Shown piece by piece: positions 1 through 6,858 of a DNA stretch of 32,000 bases; the stretch's first letter is position 1, and every line of letters begins with the position of its first letter. Location of the stretch: positions 5,340,001-5,372,000 of the forward strand of contig NC_014148.1 of assembly GCF_000092105.1 (NCBI RefSeq), given 5' to 3'. The position numbers and the translations under genes were made by a program. A model generated the notes under the pieces. The model ran no database searches. It saw nothing but the letters and a program-made list of their open reading frames with translations, and was not told where the DNA came from. Origin of the DNA: Planctopirus limnophila DSM 3776 (lineage in GTDB: Bacteria; Planctomycetota; Planctomycetia; Planctomycetales; Planctomycetaceae).

Positions 1-396
1 CATCACTTCCAGAAGATCCGCATATGGGATGTAGCTACAGGAGTCTGAAAGCATATAGACGCGCAGCACTCTGTCCTTGTTGGGAAAATTCTGGATCAGT
101 TGGCTGGGCTCAAGGCAACCCGGCTTCGAACTATCTCCTGTTCGATCGTAATAGAGAGTTAGTCGTTCGATGCGAGACCCTGACAGTTGTTGAATGGGGC
201 TCCGCCATGCCTTGCTGTCGATCAATGGCCAGTCCACATCACCATTGATCGAGCTGAACGACCATTGCTTGAGATACTCTCTGGTCATCCGGTAGCGGCC
301 GTAGGAATCGATGACGGAATAGCTGAACGACAACAGCAGGAGACAGGCAAGCGATGCCAGAGTAATCCATATCCATCGTTTCCGATTTCGTGACAT
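1..396 (-). CDS. Single-pass membrane-anchored protein, partner-family paralog P4. The first 132 codons are present and the 3' end runs off the window edge.
   Basis: My own reverse-strand translation from the ATG at 396 gives MSRNRKRWIWITLASLACLLLLSFSYSVIDSYGRYRMTREYLKQW..., a basic N-terminus followed by a hydrophobic helix. The frame is open to position 1. The ORF is absent from the supplied track because it has no stop in the window. The last residues, SYIPYADLLEVM, match NLPYADIVEVLGWP in 1503..2165. Confidence 0.6.
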   Translation of the reverse strand, partial: MSRNRKRWIWITLASLACLLLLSFSYSVIDSYGRYRMTREYLKQWSFSSINGDVDWPLIDSKAWRSPIQQLSGSRIERLTLYYDRTGDSSKPGCLEPSQLIQNFPNKDRVLRVYMLSDSCSYIPYADLLEVM

Positions 397-406
397 CGCA
401 CACCTG
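251..406. repeat. Copy A of a 156-bp direct repeat covering the leader plus the first ~47 codons of the P4 gene
   Basis: Manual alignment of 251..406 with 1225..1380 shows only about 6-8 mismatches over 156 bp. Weaker similarity continues for about 30 bp further upstream of each start codon. Confidence 0.85.
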
Positions 407-588
407 CCTTTTTGAAAGTAAAGAATCCATCAAGGTAGGACTTCTTCCGTTTCCACAATATCAAGAATTCGTCCAGACCACTCGGGCACATCGGGCGTCA
501 TGGCCAGCGCGGGGGAGACCGATCCATTCGGTTGGGAGGGGCAGTCGGCCCGGGGACGCGGCAATACTCCGCGTTCAATAAACAAGGC

Positions 589-1200
589 TCACATTGACAA
601 AGGATCTTTTCGCTTCTTCGCGATAGTTCCAAGTTCTTGCCAAAGCAGCTCGACATACTTTTTAAGATTACGGCCATGCCTTTCGTTTATCTGTGCCTGT
701 TCAATCGAAAACAAAATAGAAATCACGCGTTCAAACTCCTCGCCAGGAACATTTTGCAAACATCCGTCGCTTTCGATCGTGACCTTGTTGTGCGGCCATT
801 TGGTCAGATGGAAAAAGACGGCGGGGATCTCGGACTGTTCGACAGATCCAGACAACACAGTGTGAGTCACGCCATTTTTCAGAGGGAAGCTGTCGATGAT
901 TGGCAGAACCCGTACCACCCGTTCAATCCCCGTGTAGGGCAACTCCGGTTCGACGAAGAAATCCACTTCGGTTGGATTGGTGTCGAACCATGCCACGAAT
1001 TGTAAGGGAAGTTGCTGCCGCAGTGCGGCTGGCAGATAGCTCCCCTGTTTAGTGGTGACATGTAAACCATTTTGGCGAGACGTGTGAATGTATCTCCATA
1101 GGACAGCCCGTTCATACGTTTGCTTGACGATCAAGACAAGTGCCACCAGAAACAGTCCTGTCACCACGTACCGCATGATATGATCACGGGAAGTCGTCAT
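589..1200 (-). CDS. Hypothetical single-pass membrane-anchored protein (divergent partner-family paralog P3)
   Basis: 203-aa ORF. The N-terminus MTTSRDHIMRYVVTGLFLVALVLIVKQ is a charged stretch followed by a TM helix. Size and topology match 1503..2165 and 3391..4083. Only a weak WP-centred motif is shared (HLTKWPHNKV). Its ATG overlaps the stop of the 1197..1370 ORF (ATGA). Confidence 0.55.
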   Translation of the reverse strand: MTTSRDHIMRYVVTGLFLVALVLIVKQTYERAVLWRYIHTSRQNGLHVTTKQGSYLPAALRQQLPLQFVAWFDTNPTEVDFFVEPELPYTGIERVVRVLPIIDSFPLKNGVTHTVLSGSVEQSEIPAVFFHLTKWPHNKVTIESDGCLQNVPGEEFERVISILFSIEQAQINERHGRNLKKYVELLWQELGTIAKKRKDPLSM

Positions 1201-1370
1201 GGCGAGTCCTCAGTTTTAGTTCGCGAGCTGAACGACCATTGCTTGAGATACTCTCTGGTCATTCGGTAGCGGCCGTAGGAATCAATGACGGAATAGCAGA
1301 ACGACAACAGCAGGAGACAGGCAAGCGATGCCAGAGTGATCCATATCCATCGTTTCCGATTCCCTGACAT
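1197..1370 (-). pseudogene. 5' gene fragment: truncated duplicate of the P4 N-terminus (57 codons), coupled to the downstream P3 gene
   Basis: MSGNRKRWIWITLASLACLLLLSFCYSVIDSYGRYRMTREYLKQWSFSS is near-identical to the first 47 aa of the 1..396 gene. It then diverges and stops after 10 more codons. I chose the ATG at 1370 by homology with the ATG at 396. The track start at 1400 adds 10 unsupported codons. Confidence 0.45.
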
Positions 1371-1380
1371 CGCACACCTG
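1225..1380. repeat. Copy B of the 156-bp direct repeat
   Basis: Manual alignment with 251..406 (see copy A). Confidence 0.85.
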
Positions 1381-1502
1381 TGTTTTCTTGAATAAAGCAA
1401 TGGCTCAAGGCAAAAGTCTTTTGATCTGCACAGTATTTAGAATCCATTAAGAAGCTTGGATAATCTTGTAAATCGACAAGCTGCCTGCGATTGTCCTCTC
1501 GG

Positions 1503-2165
1503 TTAGAACTCAGTTCTCGCTGGGGGAGAGTTTAATTCGATGTATCTTCTCACCTCTCGATGTGCTTCGGCTAAGGAGTCGTTAGAGGCTTTTGAATTCA
1601 TGACATTCAGCAGGCGCTCCCTGAGGCCGGGGAAATGTTCGCGGGAAAGGTTCTCTCCTGGGAAAAAAAGTGCATTGCACCGGAATGATTCGAGATTGGG
1701 CCAACCCAATACCTCCACGATGTCGGCGTAGGGCAGATTGCCGGTCGGAAACGCGATCTCCACATGCGTCACAAGCGACTTTTCCGGGAAGTTGTGAATC
1801 GAATGACTGGGCTGTTGATACCCCGGAAATGCATAGCTGCTTGTCAAACTTGATTGCGATGGCGAAATATCTGCATACGAGATTAATAGTTCGTCACACA
1901 TACGAGTATCACCCAAGATCGCCAGCGTGGTATCCTGGAACTGGCCGATCCGTGTCCTTTTCTGGGGTAACAACTTGCGCGCATCGTAAATTAAACAGAT
2001 GTGGGGATCCGTCGACTGGTTGGTGGCGCAATGCCGCGCCACACGCAGACGGGCGAAAGTCTCGCGAACAGTCACCCACCCGATAATGACCAGTGTCAAC
2101 ACGAGGATCGTCGCGACTGTGAGGAGAATTCTAGTTTTCCGACTGAGGCGTTTAGATCCAAGCAT
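1503..2165 (-). CDS. Single-pass membrane-anchored protein, partner-family paralog P2, immediately downstream of the orphan module
   Basis: I used the internal ATG at 2165 (MLGSKRLSRKTRILLTVATILVLTLVIIGWV: basic stretch plus TM helix), because the track start at 2249 overlaps the upstream gene end at 2194. The C-terminal motif NLPYADIVEVLGWPNLESF is shared with HPPYRDMAELLTWPGLKNF in 3391..4083 and with the 1..396 fragment. Confidence 0.65.
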   Translation of the reverse strand: MLGSKRLSRKTRILLTVATILVLTLVIIGWVTVRETFARLRVARHCATNQSTDPHICLIYDARKLLPQKRTRIGQFQDTTLAILGDTRMCDELLISYADISPSQSSLTSSYAFPGYQQPSHSIHNFPEKSLVTHVEIAFPTGNLPYADIVEVLGWPNLESFRCNALFFPGENLSREHFPGLRERLLNVMNSKASNDSLAEAHREVRRYIELNSPPARTEF

Positions 2166-2193
2166 GGTCGGTAGGTTCCTAGCTAGATGTATC

Positions 2194-3303
2194 TCAATCG
2201 GGGATAATTGTGGTGTTTTTCTCCACGACAGCGTCCAAGGCCCGACCATTCCAGAGTGGTAATGCTATTGGAGCGGAGATTCGAGGTGAATCCACCCGCT
2301 CGGGCTCCGCGAAAAAGTACACGCCCGACGGATTCTTGGCCACACGAGCATGCCATCCCCAGTGGACAACCTCAAGTGACACCCAGATGCTATCAGCGCC
2401 ATCAGGTTGATACATTAAGTGAGTTGTGAATTGTTCATTCAAGGCAGAGAGATCAAGGGTGATACCACTGATCAGGAGTCCGGGCGAATCGGTAATTGTC
2501 AGGTTCCCGCAGTCGTTGTCATTTAGATGAAGTGATTTGTCTTGAAAATTCCATGCATTCGGAGTCTCCGGTTTTCGATCGAGAACAAACAGTCCTCCGG
2601 AATGCGTTCGTGTTGTTGTTAGTCGTGTGACACCAGAAAAGCTTTGTTGCGTTGTCGTCGATCGATCGAATCGTGTTTTTTGTAGGAACTGGAATGTTCC
2701 CGCCTGCCCGGCAGCGGTTTCACAAGACGCTGCGATAGTGATCCCTTTGGAGTTCTTGCCTAAAGTTACTTCGACATTGGTAAGTGTAATCTTCGGATTG
2801 TCTGTCGTTGAATTCGCGGTGATAACAACGTCGGGCGCTTCTACCGTGATCGAGGCGGATGAATTGTGCGTTCTGTCAGCAATTGTGACCTCGGCAGTCA
2901 ACCGTCCATTCACGACTTTTCGGATCCAGCATGGCGAGATCGCCGCTGTTTGAAAATCTGAGTCAAAAAAGAGATGAACCACAGCTACTGTGTCAACAAC
3001 ATTATAACTCGAATTATGCGGGTGTTGAGTATTTGTCGGATTATAGGTGATTTTGTAATCCCGTACGAATGCACTAGGCAGATCCCATTCATTGGTAAAC
3101 TCGACTTCGGGAGTCACCCGGCATTCGAGTTTGACGCGTTTGCCCACGACGGTCGAGAAGGAACCACCTGTGACATCCTGGTCGTTAGCGAAGATCTGGA
3201 CTTTGTAGACTTTGATTTTCTTTTCGTCGGAGGACTGGCCGCAGGTGGCGGAGAGAGTGTGTTCGCCGGGAGTGGTCCACTTGACGCGGAGCTTGATGGC
3301 CAC
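2194..3303 (-). CDS. Orphan copy of the beta-rich C-terminal module of the 860-aa fusion protein, lacking the glycosyltransferase and linker
   Basis: The 369-aa ORF aligns over its whole length with roughly aa 486-860 of 4086..6668. The first ~72 aa are about 80% identical (AIKLRVKWTTPGEHTLSATCGQSS...KVYKVQIFAN.QDVTGGS..TVVG....LECRVTPE.EFTNEW). The remainder is about 35-40% identical by eye (KGITI.A.C.T, F.FLQ...FDR, LMY.PDG.DSIWVSL....WGW). The start is a GTG at 3303. Homology to the large gene breaks just upstream, near 3311. Confidence 0.7.
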   Translation of the reverse strand: MAIKLRVKWTTPGEHTLSATCGQSSDEKKIKVYKVQIFANDQDVTGGSFSTVVGKRVKLECRVTPEVEFTNEWDLPSAFVRDYKITYNPTNTQHPHNSSYNVVDTVAVVHLFFDSDFQTAAISPCWIRKVVNGRLTAEVTIADRTHNSSASITVEAPDVVITANSTTDNPKITLTNVEVTLGKNSKGITIAASCETAAGQAGTFQFLQKTRFDRSTTTQQSFSGVTRLTTTRTHSGGLFVLDRKPETPNAWNFQDKSLHLNDNDCGNLTITDSPGLLISGITLDLSALNEQFTTHLMYQPDGADSIWVSLEVVHWGWHARVAKNPSGVYFFAEPERVDSPRISAPIALPLWNGRALDAVVEKNTTIIPD

Positions 3304-3390
3304 GATGTGGCCTTCGATTATTTAATGAGTGGATTTCAACACGGCTTCGCCTCCTCCTATTTAAGAGTACACAGCCGACTTATTCATTGA

Positions 3391-4083
3391 TTATTTTTCT
3401 CCTTCGAGAGCCGAATGCTTTGCAAGAAATGAGCGAAGTTCCGAACGAGCTTGCTCTGCCTTGGTTGCGTCCGATTCGTCAATCAAAGTCAGTAAGAGAT
3501 TTCTCAATACCAAGAAGTCGGGTTCGGATAGTTTAATCCTTGGGATTGAAGGCGCATGCAATTCGAAATTCTTAAGTCCAGGCCATGTCAACAACTCTGC
3601 CATATCTCGATAGGGAGGGTGACATGCCATAGATTCTATATGGACAGTCTTGACCTTTGATTTGGCCGGATAACCCCCGACGATACGGCTGACGGTATCG
3701 TAACCTGGCAATCTGACCAACGCTGGGCACGGTCCTGGTAGGATCAGTGTGGGATCATAGTTGAGCACAAGTTCTTGAACACAATGATTTGAAAAATCTT
3801 CTCGACTGGCCCGCAAGCCCACACGTTCGAGCAACCTCAGATGGAACGGCGTTGTCGTCATCTGTAATTGGGAACCATATCGACCACCAATCAGATGGGA
3901 TTCGAGTTGATGGGAGTCGCTCAGGAATTGATCGGCCCTAGCCGCAACAAATGAAGGCTCTAACGTTTGCCAGATGAAATAGCCAGTAACGGTACTTCCA
4001 AGCAAAAAGATGGTGGCAAGGGTCGCGAAAAGTGATGTTTTGCGGAGAAATCTTCTTTGTCGAGTTCCGGTTTGGCTGGACAT
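3391..4083 (-). CDS. Single-pass membrane-anchored protein, partner-family paralog P1, immediately downstream of the fusion gene
   Basis: The ATG at 4083 lies 2 nt after the TAA of the upstream gene (4086-4088). The product starts MSSQTGTRQRRFLRKTSLFATLATIFLLGSTVTGYFIW, a basic stretch plus TM helix. The track start at 4278 would overlap the upstream gene by about 190 nt. It shares the PY.D..E.L.WP.L.NF motif with P2. Confidence 0.7.
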   Translation of the reverse strand: MSSQTGTRQRRFLRKTSLFATLATIFLLGSTVTGYFIWQTLEPSFVAARADQFLSDSHQLESHLIGGRYGSQLQMTTTPFHLRLLERVGLRASREDFSNHCVQELVLNYDPTLILPGPCPALVRLPGYDTVSRIVGGYPAKSKVKTVHIESMACHPPYRDMAELLTWPGLKNFELHAPSIPRIKLSEPDFLVLRNLLLTLIDESDATKAEQARSELRSFLAKHSALEGEK

Positions 4084-4085
4084 AA

Positions 4086-6668
4086 TTATCTCGATGTTGT
4101 GACTGTGCTTCGTTCCAACGGTACGTCCAATGCTCGCATTGACCAAATTGGTAAGTCCACTGAATCTTCGACATTGATTGACTTGATGACGGGATTTCCG
4201 ATGATGGCGAGTGAAAATGCCGGAACCCCTGAGGCCATTGCCGACCAGCCCCATGTGATGGTCTTGAGGGAAACCCAAATGCTATCCTCGCCATCGGGGC
4301 GATACATTAGACGAAGATCGAATGTTTCATCCGCAACGGATGCTGAGATAGCGGTTCTTAATGTCGTGATCTCGGGTGAATCGGTCATGGTGATCCCTCC
4401 TGCATCGATGTTGTTGAGATGCAAGGATCGATTCTGGAAATGCCAGGCGTCCTGGATTTCATCTTTCCGATCCAACACCCGCTCGGTCGTTCGCGTCCTC
4501 TCCGTCGAATCTCTGATTTGAGTTGCAAACTCTTGCCGACGTGTCACAGTTCGATCAAACGTAACTCTTTGCAGAAATCGAAATTCGCCGGCTCCGTCAG
4601 AACCCGTTGCACATAATGCCGAGACAGTGATACCTTTCGAGATTTTACCAAACTTCAGAACATTTTCGTCAACAAAAACTGGAGGTACGTCAGTAGTCGT
4701 TTGCGGGACGATGTTAACAATCGGCGCGCTGATTTCTGGTTTGGCACTCGCCGATTTACTCCGACCAGCAATAGTTACCATTACGCTGATTTCACCTCGA
4801 AATAGCGGCTTAATCCAATACAGTCGGATCGCGGGCAAGCAGGTCTCATTTTTTTCCTGAAACGTCTCGACAACACCGCTTGTATTCACGGATGTGTAGA
4901 GCCTGCCAAACCGATCTTGTTCACCAGTTGGTTTGTATAATATGCTGTATTTCTTGACGTAAATACCTGGAATTACCCACTCGTTCGTGAATTCCATCTT
5001 GGGGGTCACGCGGCATTCCAGTGCGATGGGTCTGCCGACGACTGTCGCGACCGATCCACCAGTCACATCCTGGCTATTGGCGAAGATCTGGACTTTATAG
5101 ACTTTGACCGTGGTCGTGGCGGAGGACTGGCCGCAGGTGGCGGAGAGGGTGTGTTCGCCTGGGGTGATCCATTGGACGCGGAGTTTGATGGCGACGATGT
5201 GGCCTGCGGCGTTCTTTTCCGATGATAGAGGGATGAATTCGCCGCCGGGGATGTTGATGGAGAGACCGTCCAGACAGGTGCCGGTGATGGTGATGTCGTC
5301 TTCATCGCCCACGAAGCAGGTTTCGGGGGCGGAGATGCCGCTGACAGCACACTGGCAGGGTGCGGGAGACGGTTCCGGGGATGGTTCCGGGGATGGTTCT
5401 GGGCTGGGCCAGGGGCTGGGTTCAGAGCCGGTTGCTTCGCTGGTGGGGAGGGTCATGGCCAGGGCCATGAGTTGGGGTGGATTTGATTCGTGGCCGGGCC
5501 AGTCAAGCTGGAAGGTGTGGGCATAGTCGAGTTCATCCCGCAGGCGGCGGCTTTGAACCAGCGTACGCTCTGCCTGGAGACTGGCGAGGTGCTCGTGGAA
5601 GAGATCGAGGGCAGCACGCCAGAGGGGAGGGAGGTGATCGGTGGATGCGGGTGAAGGGAGGAATACACCCTCACCCCGGCCCTCTCCCGGCAGACCGGGC
5701 GAGGGAGTAAGAAGGGGTTCTCCCGGCAGGTCGGGCGCGGGAGCAAGAAGCTGTTCGAGTGTGAGGGGGGTGTTTCTGGCGAGCCACCGCTGGAGATGGT
5801 GGGGGGAGAAGTGTTTGGCCGCCAGGCGCAGTTTGTTGTGGAGGACGTGGGGAGCGGGGACTTCATAATGGTCGAAGGCCCGCTGGAAACGGTGGGCAAC
5901 GCGGGAGAGGACATCCAGCTTGAGGCCATAGCCCAGACTCCAGGCCTTGAGTCCGAAGTCGATATCTTCGACGCCCCAGACCTTCATCCCCGTATCGAAG
6001 CCACCCAGTGCGAAGTAGGTTTCCCGAGAGACGGCCAGGACACAGCCAATGAGAGCGGGCTGATGATAGAGGCGGGTTTCCTCGTCGAGCTGCAGATTGG
6101 ACAGCGGGAGCCAGCGGCAGGAAAGGTCGGCAAGATCGAGGCCATAGCCCAGTCCCGTGCGGCCGGGGATCACAGTGAAGGTCGATTCATCCAGCGCGGG
6201 GAGGGCGGGGGTGAGAAGATCGCGGCCCTGAGATGCCTCGACACCGGCCACCAGCCGCTCCAGAGCTCCAGGTTCGGGCAAGACGTGGGCATCGAGGAAG
6301 ACCAGTACGCCTCCCCGCGCTAACTCGGCAGCGCGATGCTTGGCTGGGGAAGCCCCCTGGCGGGTTTCGAAGCGTTCGACCCGGAGAGGGAGTTCCGCCG
6401 AGTTCGGGAAGTTGGCAAGAGCGGCGGCGATGGAGCCATCGGTCGAGGCGTCATCGACGACAATGATCTCGCATAAGGCGTCACCGGGATTCGCTCTCTC
6501 GCTGTTGGTATCGCCGGGGAACGCGGGACTGGAGAGGCTCGTGGCGAGCAGCGAAGTGCGGACGGCATGGAATGTTCGGCTCAACAGGTGGGCTTCATTG
6601 TGGGCGGCGATACAGATCGAGAAACGCATGGGGCAATTCCTGAGACGAAGGACATCATGGGGCCGCAA
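4086..6668 (-). CDS. Fusion protein: N-terminal GT-A glycosyltransferase (GT2/GT27-like), helical region, PSPE-repeat linker and a beta-rich C-terminal module
   Basis: 860-aa ORF.
- The N-terminus shows GT2 hallmarks: FSICIAAHNEA, IIVVDDASTDGS.
- It has a DxH motif (VFLDAH).
- WGVEDIDFGLKAWSLGYGLKLDVLSRVAHRF parallels the Gal/GalNAc-T motif WGGEN.E.S.R.W.CGG.L......SRV.H.F of ppGalNAc-transferases.
- No signal peptide is visible.
- The linker reads EPSPWPSPEPSPEPSPEPSPAP.
- The C-terminal ~375 aa is paralogous to 2194..3303.
An alternative start at 6629 (MRFSICIA) is possible. Confidence 0.85.
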   Translation of the reverse strand: MRPHDVLRLRNCPMRFSICIAAHNEAHLLSRTFHAVRTSLLATSLSSPAFPGDTNSERANPGDALCEIIVVDDASTDGSIAAALANFPNSAELPLRVERFETRQGASPAKHRAAELARGGVLVFLDAHVLPEPGALERLVAGVEASQGRDLLTPALPALDESTFTVIPGRTGLGYGLDLADLSCRWLPLSNLQLDEETRLYHQPALIGCVLAVSRETYFALGGFDTGMKVWGVEDIDFGLKAWSLGYGLKLDVLSRVAHRFQRAFDHYEVPAPHVLHNKLRLAAKHFSPHHLQRWLARNTPLTLEQLLAPAPDLPGEPLLTPSPGLPGEGRGEGVFLPSPASTDHLPPLWRAALDLFHEHLASLQAERTLVQSRRLRDELDYAHTFQLDWPGHESNPPQLMALAMTLPTSEATGSEPSPWPSPEPSPEPSPEPSPAPCQCAVSGISAPETCFVGDEDDITITGTCLDGLSINIPGGEFIPLSSEKNAAGHIVAIKLRVQWITPGEHTLSATCGQSSATTTVKVYKVQIFANSQDVTGGSVATVVGRPIALECRVTPKMEFTNEWVIPGIYVKKYSILYKPTGEQDRFGRLYTSVNTSGVVETFQEKNETCLPAIRLYWIKPLFRGEISVMVTIAGRSKSASAKPEISAPIVNIVPQTTTDVPPVFVDENVLKFGKISKGITVSALCATGSDGAGEFRFLQRVTFDRTVTRRQEFATQIRDSTERTRTTERVLDRKDEIQDAWHFQNRSLHLNNIDAGGITMTDSPEITTLRTAISASVADETFDLRLMYRPDGEDSIWVSLKTITWGWSAMASGVPAFSLAIIGNPVIKSINVEDSVDLPIWSMRALDVPLERSTVTTSR
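5359..5430. repeat. Degenerate 12-nt tandem repeat encoding the (P-S-P-E)n linker
   Basis: The plus strand reads ggttccggggat ggttccggggat ggttctgggctg ggccaggggctg ggttcagagccg. On the minus strand this translates to SEPSPWPSPEPSPEPSPEPSP. Confidence 0.8.
5684..5755. repeat. Tandem 36-bp duplication inside the fusion gene (two 12-aa units)
   Basis: ctcccggcagaccgggcgagggagtaagaaggggtt (5684..5719) matches ctcccggcaggtcgggcgcgggagcaagaagctgtt (5720..5755) at 30 of 36 positions. The units encode LLTPSPGLPGEG and LLAPAPDLPGEP. Confidence 0.75.
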
Positions 6669-6858
6669 TGCGTCCCCTCATCTCAGCAGGAGTTGTTGCG
6701 CGGGGGTGAGGCAGCGAATGTCAAGAACCTGAAAGGAGGCTGGCGGTTGGCGTCTATAAAACGGCGAAGCTTACAGCGCACCAGATTCCGTTCGGATAGA
6801 GGGCTGCGCGAAAGTGGAGCAGCCCGCACGCCGCCATCGTCTTTCGCCAGGGAATGCC

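Noticed and set aside
4084-4278. N-terminal extension of the P1 ORF (track start 4278)
   Set aside because: It would overlap the upstream gene by about 190 nt and adds a His/Arg/Gly-rich non-homologous stretch. The ATG at 4083 sits 2 nt after the upstream stop and starts the basic-plus-TM pattern shared by the paralogs. The same logic applies to 2166..2249 and 9741..9848.
5063-6568. Cluster of overlapping ORFs on both strands (5063..5350, 5104..5526, 5453..5929, 5796..6323, 6320..6568 and others)
   Set aside because: They are long open frames expected in a 63-70% G+C stretch. All are nested in the 860-aa ORF, which carries coherent GT-A motifs. Their products are Pro/Arg/Gly/Ser-rich.
1-6668. 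Diversity-generating retroelement or phase-variation explanation for the diversified module
   Set aside because: I could recognise no reverse transcriptase, no template/variable repeat pair with adenine-specific differences, and no invertase or inverted-repeat switch anywhere in the window. The differences between the copies are spread over the whole module.
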